From Candidatus Gastranaerophilales bacterium (GTDB lineage Bacteria; Cyanobacteriota; Vampirovibrionia; Gastranaerophilales; Gastranaerophilaceae): DNA of 45,054 nt. Below are positions 1 to 9,244 of this stretch, in pieces. Made by a program: the position numbers and the translations under genes. The stretch's first letter is position 1; the number at the start of each line of letters is the position of its first letter. A model generated the notes under the pieces. The model made no database searches and was not told where the DNA came from. It was given only the letters and a program-made list of their open reading frames with translations. The stretch covers positions 1-45,054 of the forward strand of contig CALURS010000001.1 in assembly GCA_944323215.1 (NCBI GenBank), given 5' to 3'.

Positions 1-103
1 CTTCTATTGATAATCCAATAGCTTCGCCAAATTTTTCTTGGGTTAGTCCTTGTTCATTTCTCAATTTTTTAATGCTATTGCAGAGTATTTGTTTGTATCC
101 CAT
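1..103 (-). CDS. XRE/Cro-C1 family helix-turn-helix transcriptional regulator (N-terminal fragment, runs off window)
   Basis: Reverse-strand ATG at 101-103. Hand translation MGYKQILCNSIKKLRNEQGLTQEKFGEAIGLSIE... fits the canonical XRE HTH pattern (LR...GLTQE.....G.S). Not in the ORF track because it is open-ended. Confidence 0.6.
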   Translation of the reverse strand, partial: MGYKQILCNSIKKLRNEQGLTQEKFGEAIGLSIE

Positions 104-151
104 GTATTTAAGATTAATGTATATAATGATGTTATAAAAGTAATAAAGATA

Positions 152-180
152 ACTATAAGTCGGTATAAAAATACGTACAA
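152..180 (-). promoter_or_regulatory. sigma70-like promoter TTGTAC-N17-TATAGT facing the XRE gene
   Basis: Minus strand reads TTGTAC (180-175), a 17-nt spacer, then TATAGT (157-152), about 45 nt upstream of the ATG at 103. Confidence 0.4.
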
Positions 181-192
181 GCGGGATGTCTT

Positions 193-210
193 ACACACAC
201 ACACACACAC
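193..210. repeat. (AC)9 / (GT)9 perfect dinucleotide microsatellite
   Basis: acacacacacacacacac is read directly at 193-210. It produces the artefactual HTHTHT stretch in track ORF 50..256. Confidence 0.95.
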
Positions 211-298
211 CAAATCCCACAGGGTATTTTATCACAAATATTTTTATTTTTATTAATATAATTTCCTATTTATAAATGTTACAGAAGTTAATATTGTA

Positions 299-1120
299 TT
301 ATAAAATCATACAAACAAGCATCAAGAGCATTGCGCCTATTTGCATGGCTGTAGATAACCCTTGTTGAAATCGGTTTGAATCATATTTTTTTATTGAGTT
401 TTGAGCTTTATAGGCACTGTTTATTCTGTCTATTCTTTGTTGCTCAGTGTCACTGTCAAAAGAGCTTCCAAACATCTGGTTTTCTATATTAGCTAATTGG
501 TTAGAAAAAGAGGTTTGACCTTTTCTTGTAAACAGGTTTCTGTTCAGTCCGCTTAAATCTCCGCTTGTCATACCGCTTCCGTTGTAGATATCATCATAGT
601 GTGCATTTTCTGAAGCTATTCGGTAGTCTTCTTTGAATACATTATTTTTAATTCTTTCAACTCTGGCGTTATAATTATCATTTAAGTATGTTTGGTTGAA
701 AAGTTGTTTTTCAATGCGTGCAATTCTGTTATCAAGGCTGTCTTTTTCGTAGGTTTTGCTGAATAATTTAGTTTCTGCCCTGTCAAGAACGGGATATCTT
801 ACGGTTTCATCTGAGGCAAGTTCTTCTGACGACTCATCTTCCATAAATGTATCTTCACACGGTTTGATTTTGTCTTTTATAACGTCTGCCGAAAGGTCAT
901 CTGACAGTTTTTTCATGCGGGTAGCCAGATTGTTTTTGGAAACAACGCCATAAACTGATTCCTCTAGTCTGGCGAGCCTAGTTTCGTCTGATTGGTCAGA
1001 GTAGTTTATTCCATAGAGTTCTTCTTCAATGGTTATTAGTTGGGCGTTGTATTTACTTGCGCAGATTGCTGGTGTGAATGTGGCAAAGATAATAAAAAGT
1101 GTTATAAGAAATCGGTTCAT
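299..1120 (-). CDS. Secreted/anchored repeat protein of unknown function (signal peptide, five or six R-x-x-R-I/L-E-x-x-hydrophobic-F/Y repeats, C-terminal hydrophobic tail)
   Basis: 273-aa ORF with AGGAG 7 nt upstream of the ATG. N-terminus MNRFLITLFIIFATFTPAICA looks like a signal peptide. Recurring motifs are RLARLEESVYG, RIARIEKQLFNQTY, RVERIKNNVFKEDY, LANIENQMFGSSF and RIDRINSAY. C-terminal tail is LSTAMQIGAMLLMLVCMIL. Confidence 0.75.
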   Translation of the reverse strand: MNRFLITLFIIFATFTPAICASKYNAQLITIEEELYGINYSDQSDETRLARLEESVYGVVSKNNLATRMKKLSDDLSADVIKDKIKPCEDTFMEDESSEELASDETVRYPVLDRAETKLFSKTYEKDSLDNRIARIEKQLFNQTYLNDNYNARVERIKNNVFKEDYRIASENAHYDDIYNGSGMTSGDLSGLNRNLFTRKGQTSFSNQLANIENQMFGSSFDSDTEQQRIDRINSAYKAQNSIKKYDSNRFQQGLSTAMQIGAMLLMLVCMIL

Positions 1121-1219
1121 AAAAATCTCCTAATATAATATAGGGATTTTTATAATAATTTCCTATCATAAATTGACGGATTAGAAAAAAAGTTTTTCTA
1201 ACCGGAAAGTAGTAAGCAA

Positions 1220-1597
1220 CTAAAACAAAGCTCTTATTGCTGCTTGGCCGAAAAGTATTATGCCTACTACAACACTTATTACACTTGCCACCATTACAGC
1301 TCCTGCTGATATGTCTTTTGCCATTCCTACGAGTGTGCAGTACTTGTTTCTGAACGTTGCATCAAGGGCAAATTCTATTGCAGTGTTTAGCATTTCTGAT
1401 ATTATTACCATACCGATTGTTAATAATAAAATGCAGATTTCTATTGGTTTAAAGCCGAACAATAATGCCAAAAACAGTACAAATAACGCTATTATCATGT
1501 GAATTCGAATATTTCGTTCACTTTTTAGGACTATTCTCATACCTTTTCTGGCATTTTTAAATGATGAATTAAAATTTTTTGTTTTAAACTTTGTCAT
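1220..1597 (-). CDS. dgkA: Diacylglycerol/undecaprenol kinase (DagK/DgkA family)
   Basis: 125 aa with three TM segments and the typical SEMLNTAIE....D......AKD.SAGAV motif. Overlaps the ybeY stop by 14 nt (operon). Confidence 0.85.
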   Translation of the reverse strand: MTKFKTKNFNSSFKNARKGMRIVLKSERNIRIHMIIALFVLFLALLFGFKPIEICILLLTIGMVIISEMLNTAIEFALDATFRNKYCTLVGMAKDISAGAVMVASVISVVVGIILFGQAAIRALF

Positions 1598-2081
1598 ACT
1601 CTACAACTTTCAAGGCTTCATTTTGCATGCTTACAACAAAATTGTAATCCTCTTCTGTTTGATGGTCAAATCCTAAGAGATGCATTATCCCGTGTGAAAT
1701 TAAAAAATACAACTCATCTTCAAAAGTTTTGTTCTTTTTTTTGCTTTCTTCTTCTACTTTATCAAGAGCTATAATAAATTCTCCGAGATTTATTTCTCCG
1801 TCAAATATAAATTTATCCTCATCATCAGCAAATATTGCAAATGTTATTATATCAGCGGGGTAGTCTTTGCCTCTGTATTCTTTATTCAATTCGTGAGTCT
1901 TTTTAGAATCGCAGTATAAAATATCAAATGTTACAGTATCGTATTTAAAACCATTCAGAGCCGATTGTTCTCCTATATGTGACATATAATATTCAAAAAC
2001 CTGTTTTGCTACTGAAATAGCTTTTTTTTCATCAATCTTTTTATCTTCACAAATATTTTCGCTAAATATATTAATGTTCAT
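1584..2081 (-). CDS. ybeY: Endoribonuclease YbeY (rRNA maturation factor)
   Basis: HGIMHLLGFDH zinc-binding motif. Start placed at MNINIF (ATG 2081-2079), overlapping the stop of the upstream gene. The longer track ORF start at 2129 is less likely. Confidence 0.9.
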   Translation of the reverse strand: MNINIFSENICEDKKIDEKKAISVAKQVFEYYMSHIGEQSALNGFKYDTVTFDILYCDSKKTHELNKEYRGKDYPADIITFAIFADDEDKFIFDGEINLGEFIIALDKVEEESKKKNKTFEDELYFLISHGIMHLLGFDHQTEEDYNFVVSMQNEALKVVEYDKV

Positions 2082-4245
2082 CTCTTTTACTTTCAAGTTC
2101 TTGAATTTTGGCTTCCAAGTCCTTATCAATATTTCTTACTGCTGTTTTGTTCCTATCAAGCTCTTTAACCAAATCTTGTTGGTATTTAATTCTTTCGTGA
2201 TGGATACCTCTTAAAATACGGCTCATCACAGCTGCAATTGTTGACAAATCTTTTAACGTAATTGGTGCTTCTGATAGTTGACCATCATTTAATCTGTCTT
2301 TAATAATTTTATTAATAATATTATCAATTTCCTCTGCAGAAGATGCCTTATTAGCTCTAACAGTTGATTCAACAGCATCGGCAATCATCAGAATTGCTGT
2401 TTCCTTAGAGTTCGGTTTTGGTCCGGGGTACCTAAATTGGTCTTCTGCTACGTTTTCCGCACCATCTTGAGCAACTGCTTGATTATAAAAATAACTTACA
2501 AGCCCTGTTCCGTGGTGTTGGAGTATAAAGTTGTTTATTATTGGCGGGAGTTTATTATCTTTTGCCAATTCAACACCATCTTTAGGGTGTGCTGTTATTA
2601 ACATTTTTGAAAACTTCGGTGAACAGTTGTTATGAGGATTTTCAATTCCGTAACTGGATTGATTCTCTACAAAGAACATAGGACGTTTAAGTTTACCAAC
2701 ATCGTGATATATAGCTCCAACTTTTGCAAGAAGGGGATTTGCTCCGATTGCTTCTGCCGCAGCATCACATAAATATGCTACCATCATACTGTGATTATAT
2801 GTTCCGGGGGCTTTTAGTTGCAAATCCTTTAGCAGCTGCTGTTGATTTTGATCTGCAAACTCTACCAATGCGTACGGTGATATCATTTGGAATAGTTTTT
2901 CCAGAACTGGTAAAAAGCCTAAGGTTAATAAGCCACCGATTACAAAACTATTTAATACTATATAACCTACATCTTTTAAAATTAACATATTATCTATGTT
3001 CATTAGGAATTTTTCCAGTAAATAAATACAACCCAGTATTAAGCCGCCTGCTGTCGCTATTTTAAAGCCTATATAGATTAAATCGTTTCTTTGGGTGAAT
3101 TTATGGTTATAAACAGCAATCATTGTAAAGGTATTTAATAGTAAAAATGATGCAACCATTTCTATTCCATAATGAAGTCCGATTGCAAGGTTAACAAGGA
3201 TTAAGTTTGCAGCAAGCAGGGCAACTCTTGGAGTTGTAAAAATTGATAATATAATCATAAATGCAGGAAATGGGATGATGTATGGTGAAAAGCCTGTTGG
3301 TAAAACTACCGGAAATAATGAGATAAATATTGACATAAAAGCAAATAATCTCAAATAATTCGGTTCAAGGAAATTCTTCTCAAACCCTTTCAGATACATA
3401 AGGAACATGCCTGTCGAAAGTGCAATTATAAAAAATATTCCTGCTATCCCAAAGTAATTAATTTCAAGAACATTATAACCCGCTTCACGAAGTGCATCAC
3501 TTTTTACCTTTGTGATTTGTTCACCTTCAAAAATAATTGTATCACCTTTTTTAAAGGTTACTTCATAAGGCTTAACAGAATTCTCCGCATTTCTTCTTGC
3601 GATTTCTGTTGCAAACTCATCTACTATAAGGTTTGGTACAATTACTTGGCTTAATATATTAACAATCATACGTGATTGTCCGTGAGGTATGGACTGATAC
3701 ATCCCTTTTCTTATGATATCTTTAATTTTATCTTTTTCAAAATCCTCAGCTGTGATACCTATATTTAGTACGGTATCAAGGGTTGCTTGTGCTCTATTAA
3801 AAAGTCTGGTAAAAGTTTCAGTATCAGAATCCCTTAAAAATTCCACCATTGCAGTTTTTTCCGGCGAGCGTGGCATGTCAAAAAGTACTGATATTTCATT
3901 AAATTTTTTGTCCGATGAAACCTTTGAATCCCTTATTCTTAGAATAGTATTCCGTAAATTGGTCAAATTTACTCTTATAAAATCATCATTTGCTTGAGTT
4001 AATATAGGCTCAACTTTTCTGGCTACTTCTTTTTTATGCTGCTCTGTCCTTATTGTATCCACAACTGTTATGTTTTTTTGAGCAACAATATCTTGTTTAC
4101 TTACCCCATTTTCAATAATTTGTTGAAAAAAGAAGTTTTGAGAAGATATTACAACAGTCATTGCTATTGAAAACATTATAAACAATATAAAATTCTTAAA
4201 AGCGTTTGATTTGATAAAGTCAAAAAACTTTTCTTTATAAGTCAT
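2071..4245 (-). CDS. pgpH: 7TM-receptor/HD-domain membrane phosphohydrolase (YqfF/PgpH-like, cyclic-di-AMP phosphodiesterase family)
   Basis: 724 aa with an N-terminal extracellular region, about 7 TM helices and a C-terminal HD domain (HSMMVAYL...AIYHDVGK...LQHHG). The pgpH-ybeY-dgkA(-cdd) neighbourhood is known from Firmicutes. Confidence 0.8.
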   Translation of the reverse strand: MTYKEKFFDFIKSNAFKNFILFIMFSIAMTVVISSQNFFFQQIIENGVSKQDIVAQKNITVVDTIRTEQHKKEVARKVEPILTQANDDFIRVNLTNLRNTILRIRDSKVSSDKKFNEISVLFDMPRSPEKTAMVEFLRDSDTETFTRLFNRAQATLDTVLNIGITAEDFEKDKIKDIIRKGMYQSIPHGQSRMIVNILSQVIVPNLIVDEFATEIARRNAENSVKPYEVTFKKGDTIIFEGEQITKVKSDALREAGYNVLEINYFGIAGIFFIIALSTGMFLMYLKGFEKNFLEPNYLRLFAFMSIFISLFPVVLPTGFSPYIIPFPAFMIILSIFTTPRVALLAANLILVNLAIGLHYGIEMVASFLLLNTFTMIAVYNHKFTQRNDLIYIGFKIATAGGLILGCIYLLEKFLMNIDNMLILKDVGYIVLNSFVIGGLLTLGFLPVLEKLFQMISPYALVEFADQNQQQLLKDLQLKAPGTYNHSMMVAYLCDAAAEAIGANPLLAKVGAIYHDVGKLKRPMFFVENQSSYGIENPHNNCSPKFSKMLITAHPKDGVELAKDNKLPPIINNFILQHHGTGLVSYFYNQAVAQDGAENVAEDQFRYPGPKPNSKETAILMIADAVESTVRANKASSAEEIDNIINKIIKDRLNDGQLSEAPITLKDLSTIAAVMSRILRGIHHERIKYQQDLVKELDRNKTAVRNIDKDLEAKIQELESKRDEH

Positions 4246-4451
4246 AAATTATCCTCATTTCGGTTATCATTCATATTTACTACAAATCCGCACTTAATAC
4301 AAGCTAATACCTGACCGGTACTGTCAACCGGTCTGAAAACGTGTTCACAAGTTTCTTCTTCTTGGTCATTTGGTTGATTTGTATAGTATGAAACATCGTT
4401 TTTATGTTTACGTTTATTAATCAATTTTATAATTAATTCTATAATATACAT
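4242..4451 (-). CDS. Small hypothetical protein with N-terminal hydrophobic helix and C-x-H...C-x-x-C zinc-ribbon-like motif
   Basis: 69-aa ORF whose stop overlaps the pgpH-like start (ATGA coupling). Motif is TCEHVFRPVDSTGQVLACIKCG. No family recognised. Confidence 0.5.
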   Translation of the reverse strand: MYIIELIIKLINKRKHKNDVSYYTNQPNDQEEETCEHVFRPVDSTGQVLACIKCGFVVNMNDNRNEDNL

Positions 4452-4466
4452 ATTAAAAGTACATTG

Positions 4467-4856
4467 TCAGATTTTAAATCCATAAGGAATTAAATGAGAT
4501 ATTTTATCAATTTTGGGTTCATTATTTTTTTCAGTAATTATCTCAGTCTCAAAATCCCCTTTAAATTCAAAAATTACTTGCCTGCAAGCTCCACAAGGAT
4601 AGCATTCATCTGATTCTGGAGAATATATCGCTACAGCTAAAATCTGCTTTTCTCCATGAGAAATTGCATTTCCGATTGCACAACGCTCCGCACAGATTGT
4701 AAGTCCAAAACTGGAGTTTTCAAAATTGCATCCTTTATATAGATTTCCGCTTCCGCCCATAACACAAGCACCTACATGAAATTTTGAGAATGGTGCGTAT
4801 GAGTTCTTGGAAACTTCTTTGGCAAGCTCTAACATTTTTTTATAATCTATATCCAT
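4467..4856 (-). CDS. cdd: Cytidine deaminase
   Basis: 129 aa with CAERCAI (H/C-A-E) and PCGACRQ zinc-ligand motifs typical of homotetrameric cytidine deaminases. Confidence 0.9.
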   Translation of the reverse strand: MDIDYKKMLELAKEVSKNSYAPFSKFHVGACVMGGSGNLYKGCNFENSSFGLTICAERCAIGNAISHGEKQILAVAIYSPESDECYPCGACRQVIFEFKGDFETEIITEKNNEPKIDKISHLIPYGFKI

Positions 4857-4929
4857 AATCTAAATTTATGATTTTTCTTTCAAAATGAAATCAGCCAATT
4901 GTATGATTATTATTTTATTTTAAGTAAAA

Positions 4930-5247
4930 TTAATGTCCAATCTTTAACAAAACAACGCCGCTTATAATAAGTATAACCCCAAAAGCCCGCATAAGGCTCA
5001 TAGCATCGTGAAAAATTATGACACCAAGTAAAAATGTACAAGCAGCACCTATCCCTGTCCAAACAGCATAAGCCGTCCCAACCGGAATTGTTTTTTGTGC
5101 AAGAAATAAAAATACTCCGCTTAATGTCATTGCTATTATTGCAAAAATTATCCAAGCAATTTTCGAATTACCTACATCTGCCATTTTTAAACCAAACGGC
5201 CAACCAACTTCAAATACAGCAGCTATTAATAAATATATCCATCCCAT
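4930..5247 (-). CDS. sugE: SMR-family small multidrug/guanidinium exporter (SugE/Gdx type)
   Basis: MGWIYLLIAAVFEVGWPFGLK... contains the conserved membrane-embedded Glu and four TM helices. Start placed at the ATG at 5247, because the track ORF extension to 5289 begins with TTG inside a hairpin. Confidence 0.8.
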   Translation of the reverse strand: MGWIYLLIAAVFEVGWPFGLKMADVGNSKIAWIIFAIIAMTLSGVFLFLAQKTIPVGTAYAVWTGIGAACTFLLGVIIFHDAMSLMRAFGVILIISGVVLLKIGH

Positions 5248-5262
5248 ACTTTTATTATATAC

Positions 5263-5293
5263 AAAAAAAAGACCTTGGAATAAAATCAAGGTC
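5263..5293 (-). terminator. Intrinsic-terminator-like hairpin (GACCTTG-9nt-CAAGGTC + T8) 15 nt upstream of the SMR gene start
   Basis: Minus strand reads GACCTTGATTTTATTCCAAGGTCTTTTTTTT. This is a perfect 7-bp stem followed by eight T. Confidence 0.6.
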
Positions 5294-5568
5294 TGTCCGT
5301 TTAAATAAGAAGAGAGAGCTTTATGTTTTTTTTAAAACTCGTAAAATAAATTTTTTGCTAAAATTTATTTTAAAAAGTCAAAAAATTTACAAAAATTTAC
5401 AAAAAATTTTCAAATACTTACTAATATTGAACTTCAATTTTCTATACAAAAAATAATTTAAAAAAAACAGAAAATGAAATATAAATAATATATTTACCCC
5501 TTTACCCCCTTGAAGTTTTAAGTTATTTTTTGTAACATTATATTAGCTGTTTAATAGAGGAGAAACAA

Positions 5569-8058
5569 ATGTTCGAACGTTTTACCGAAAAAGCAATAAA
5601 AGTTATAATGCTTGCCCAAGAAGAAGCAAGACGCTTAGGTCACAATTTTGTAGGTACCGAGCAAGTATTACTGGGCTTGATAGGAGAAGGCACAGGAATA
5701 GCTGCCAAGACTCTTAAATCAATGGGTGTAAACCTTAAAGATGCCCGAATAGAGGTAGAAAAGATTATAGGCAGAGGTTCAGGGTTTGTTGCTGTAGAAA
5801 TACCTTTTACACCACGAGCAAAGCGTGTACTTGAACTATCTTGGGATGAAGCAAGACAACTCGGACATAATTATATTGGTACAGAGCATTTACTCCTTGG
5901 TTTAATACGAGAAGGTGAAGGTGTTGCAGCCAGAGTATTAGAAAATCTTGGTGTAGATTTAAATAAGATTAGAAGTAACGTAATCAAGATGCTAGGCGAT
6001 ACAAAACCACAAACAACAGCTTCGGGTGGAATATCGTCATCATCCTCTCAGGCTTCAAAAGTCAAAACACCAAGCTTGGACGAATATGGTACAGATTTAA
6101 CATTAGCAGCAGCAGAAATGCGTTTGGACCCTGTTGTAGGACGTGAAAAAGAAATCGAACGTGTTATTCAAATTTTAGCAAGACGTACAAAAAACAACCC
6201 TGTTTTACTTGGTGAGCCGGGTGTTGGTAAAACGGCTGTTGCTGAAGGTCTTGCAATAAGAATTGTTAATGCGGAAGTTCCTGATATTCTTGACGGTAAG
6301 AAGATTATTCAGCTTGATATGGGATTATTAATTGCAGGTACAAAATACAGAGGCGAATTTGAAGAAAGACTTAAAAAGATTATGGATGAAATTCGTCAAG
6401 CAGGAAATATTATTCTTGTAATTGATGAAATGCACACACTAATCGGAGCCGGTGCGGCAGAAGGTGCTATTGATGCCGCCAATATCTTAAAACCGGCATT
6501 ATCCAGAGGTGAAATTCAAGTTATAGGTGCCACCACTTCTGATGAATACAGAAAGTACATCGAAAAAGATTCAGCACTGGAAAGAAGATTTCAACCGGTT
6601 ATTATTGATGAACCATCAATTGATGAAACTATTGAAATTATTAGAGGTTTAAAATTCAAGTATGAAGAACACCACAATTTAATAATTTCTGATGAGGCAA
6701 TTGTTGCGGCAGCTAAATTATCAAGTAAATATATTAATGACAGATTTTTACCTGATAAAGCAATTGATGTTCTTGATGAAGCAAGCTCAAAAGTCAGATT
6801 AAAAGTAAGTACTCTTTCTCCTGAAGGTAAAGAGCTTGATAAAGAGCTTAGAAAAATTATTAAAGAAAAAGAAGAAGCAATCAGAAATCAAGAATTTGAA
6901 TTGGCATCATCATTACGAGATGATGAAGCTACAATGAAAGATAGAATAAGAGAGGCTTCTGAAGCTTGGAAACGTGATAACGATATGAACAAGCCTACAG
7001 TTACCGAAGAAGATGTTGCAGAAGTTATTGCAACGATGACAGGTGTCCCTGTTACAAAACTTACAGAAGGTGAAACAGAAAGATTACTTAAACTTGAAGA
7101 AACCTTGCACTCTCGTGTAATTGGTCAAAATGATGCAGTTACAGCTATTTCTAAAGCAATAAGACGTGCAAGAGTAGGTTTAAAAAGTCCTAACAGACCA
7201 ATTGGCAGCTTTATTTTCTCAGGACCTACCGGTGTTGGTAAAACTGAACTTGCCAAAGCTCTTGCCGAAGCAGTATTTGGCTCTGAAGATAATATGATTA
7301 GAGTTGATATGTCCGAGTTTATGGAAAAACATTCAACGGCTAAACTTATCGGTTCACCTCCCGGGTACGTTGGTTATGATGATGGCGGACACTTATCTGA
7401 AATCGTCAGAAAGAAACCTTACTCGGTTATTCTTTTTGATGAAATCGAAAAAGCTCACCCCGATGTATTTAATATTATGCTGCAAATCCTTGACGACGGA
7501 CGCTTAACTGATGCTAAGGGAAGACATATTAATTTCAAAAATACAATCATAATTATGACTTCCAACGTTGGTGCAAGTATGATTGCCACTCAAGGAAGAT
7601 TAGGCTTTACAACCGGCGATGATGCTAAAAAAGATAAATACGAAAAACTTAAAGAAACAGTTAATGAAGAACTTAAAAAGGCATTTAGACCTGAGTTCCT
7701 TAACCGTATTGACGATATAATCGTATTTGCTCATTTAAGTAAGGAAGAAATCAGACAAATTGTTGATTTAATGATGAAGGATTTATTCAAACGATTGGGT
7801 GAAAGACAGTTGTCTGTTGAAGTGACTGACGAAGTTAAAGACTTCCTTGCAAAAGACGGATACTCTGAAGCTTACGGTGCAAGACCTTTAAGAAGACTTA
7901 TTCAAAGAAAAATTGAAGATCCGCTTGCTGAAGAAATTTTAACAAATGCTTATCAACCCGGTGATACTATTGTTATGAAACTCGTTGATGAAAAAATCGT
8001 ATTTGAGAAAAAACAAAAAGATGAATCTCAGCAAGAAGAAGCTCAAACAGCTCAATAA
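5569..8058 (+). CDS. clpC: ATP-dependent Clp protease ATP-binding subunit ClpC
   Basis: 829 aa with a duplicated Clp_N repeat and two AAA+ modules (GEPGVGKT and GPTGVGKT Walker A). The N-terminus [32 protein letters not shown] is characteristic of ClpC. GAGGAG RBS lies upstream. Confidence 0.95.
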   Translation: MFERFTEKAIKVIMLAQEEARRLGHNFVGTEQVLLGLIGEGTGIAAKTLKSMGVNLKDARIEVEKIIGRGSGFVAVEIPFTPRAKRVLELSWDEARQLGHNYIGTEHLLLGLIREGEGVAARVLENLGVDLNKIRSNVIKMLGDTKPQTTASGGISSSSSQASKVKTPSLDEYGTDLTLAAAEMRLDPVVGREKEIERVIQILARRTKNNPVLLGEPGVGKTAVAEGLAIRIVNAEVPDILDGKKIIQLDMGLLIAGTKYRGEFEERLKKIMDEIRQAGNIILVIDEMHTLIGAGAAEGAIDAANILKPALSRGEIQVIGATTSDEYRKYIEKDSALERRFQPVIIDEPSIDETIEIIRGLKFKYEEHHNLIISDEAIVAAAKLSSKYINDRFLPDKAIDVLDEASSKVRLKVSTLSPEGKELDKELRKIIKEKEEAIRNQEFELASSLRDDEATMKDRIREASEAWKRDNDMNKPTVTEEDVAEVIATMTGVPVTKLTEGETERLLKLEETLHSRVIGQNDAVTAISKAIRRARVGLKSPNRPIGSFIFSGPTGVGKTELAKALAEAVFGSEDNMIRVDMSEFMEKHSTAKLIGSPPGYVGYDDGGHLSEIVRKKPYSVILFDEIEKAHPDVFNIMLQILDDGRLTDAKGRHINFKNTIIIMTSNVGASMIATQGRLGFTTGDDAKKDKYEKLKETVNEELKKAFRPEFLNRIDDIIVFAHLSKEEIRQIVDLMMKDLFKRLGERQLSVEVTDEVKDFLAKDGYSEAYGARPLRRLIQRKIEDPLAEEILTNAYQPGDTIVMKLVDEKIVFEKKQKDESQQEEAQTAQ

Positions 8059-8065
8059 AAAATTT

Positions 8066-8096
8066 AAAACCTCTCTTATAAAAGAGAGGTTTTTTA
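8066..8096 (+). terminator. Rho-independent terminator after clpC
   Basis: AAAACCTCTCTT-ATAA-AAGAGAGGTTTT followed by a T-run. Confidence 0.8.
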
Positions 8097-8128
8097 TATC
8101 CGCTATTGGTTTGTGCTAAGATGGTATT

Positions 8129-9157
8129 ATGAAAAAAGCTATTGTAGCAATGAGTGGTGGTTTAGACAGCTCTGTTACCGCCTTATTATTAAAACAGCAA
8201 GGTTATCAAGTAATTGGTGTAACCGGATTAATGTTAGATACTCCACAGGCTCATTTAGTATGTGATAATGCAAAAAAGACTGCTGATAAACTTGGTATAA
8301 AACACCATGTTATTGATGTTTCAGATTTATTTAATGAGAAGGTTGTTTCTTATTTTGAGAATGAATATAAATCAGGTAGAACACCTAATCCTTGTATTCA
8401 GTGTAATAAATTTATTAAATGGGGTGAATTGTTTAATCTCTCCATGGAAAAGTTTAATGCCGATATATTTGCAACAGGACATTACGCTGAAATTCGCTTT
8501 ACAGATGGGTATTACAAACTCTATCCTGCAAAAGATGAGAAAAAAGACCAGTTATATTTTTTGTATAAGCTATCTCAGGATGTTTTATCTAAAACAGTTT
8601 TTCCGTTATATAAGTATCAAAAATCACAAATTAGAGAAATTGCAGAAAAGTATAATCTTCCTGCTAAATCAGCTAAAGAAAGTCAAGATATTTGTTTTAT
8701 ACAAAAACCTTGTACTACAAAAAAATATTTGTTAGACAAGTTTGGAGAAACAGAAGGTCTGTTTATTGAAAAATCGTCAGGAAAAATCTTGGGTAAGCAT
8801 TCAGGATTTTATCAATATACAATCGGACAAAGAAAAGGTATTGGGATTGCCTATCCTTACCCGCTTTATGTTCTTGATATCGATGCAGCTAATAATATTG
8901 TGTATCTTGGCAAAGAAGAAGAAAATTATTCTGATTATCTTTTCCTTAAAGATATATCATTCTCATATCCTATAAAATCTGATTTTGAAGCAATGGTTAA
9001 AATCAGATATAATATGCAAGCATGCAGGGCACATATCAATTCAGAAGATAAAAAAGTTACGTTTAAAACACCTGCAAACTCAGTTACATCAGGTCAATCG
9101 TGTGTTTTTTATTCACCTGTAGACGGACATTTGATTGGTGGCGGAGAAATCGTCTAA
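8129..9157 (+). CDS. mnmA: tRNA-specific 2-thiouridylase MnmA
   Basis: 342 aa with the PP-loop AMSGGLDSS, plus NPCIQCN and ATGHYA motifs. Confidence 0.9.
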   Translation: MKKAIVAMSGGLDSSVTALLLKQQGYQVIGVTGLMLDTPQAHLVCDNAKKTADKLGIKHHVIDVSDLFNEKVVSYFENEYKSGRTPNPCIQCNKFIKWGELFNLSMEKFNADIFATGHYAEIRFTDGYYKLYPAKDEKKDQLYFLYKLSQDVLSKTVFPLYKYQKSQIREIAEKYNLPAKSAKESQDICFIQKPCTTKKYLLDKFGETEGLFIEKSSGKILGKHSGFYQYTIGQRKGIGIAYPYPLYVLDIDAANNIVYLGKEEENYSDYLFLKDISFSYPIKSDFEAMVKIRYNMQACRAHINSEDKKVTFKTPANSVTSGQSCVFYSPVDGHLIGGGEIV

Positions 9158-9173
9158 AAATTGTATATATAAT

Positions 9174-9198
9174 AAAAAGAGGTCGAATTCTCAACCTC
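9174..9198 (-). terminator. Weak terminator hairpin downstream of flagellin (minus strand)
   Basis: Minus strand reads GAGGT-9nt-ACCTC followed by TTTTT. The stem is only 5 bp. Confidence 0.4.
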
Positions 9199-9244
9199 AA
9201 ATATAAGTACATATCCCAATCAACAATCAAAATTTTATTAACTA

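Noticed and set aside
50-256. Track ORF of 68 aa on the plus strand containing HTHTHT.
   Set aside because: It is read through the (AC)9 microsatellite and an AT-rich intergenic region. It has no RBS, has low-complexity composition, and overlaps the promoter region of the XRE gene. It is an artefact.
258-282. 12-nt exact match ATAATTTCCTAT (plus a nearby ATAAAT) both downstream (258-277) and upstream (1155-1173) of the repeat-protein gene. It looks like flanking direct repeats or att sites.
   Set aside because: The 10-mer ATAATTTCCT also occurs inside the kinase gene (~27619), so the word is not rare in this AT-rich genome. There is no integrase or other mobility signature.
5340-5410. Short tandem AAAAATTTAC repeats (two exact copies plus a partial third) between sugE and clpC.
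   Set aside because: These are two to three copies of an A/T-only decamer in a divergent promoter region. They are consistent with phased A-tracts or -35-like TTTACA boxes and are too short to call a repeat element.
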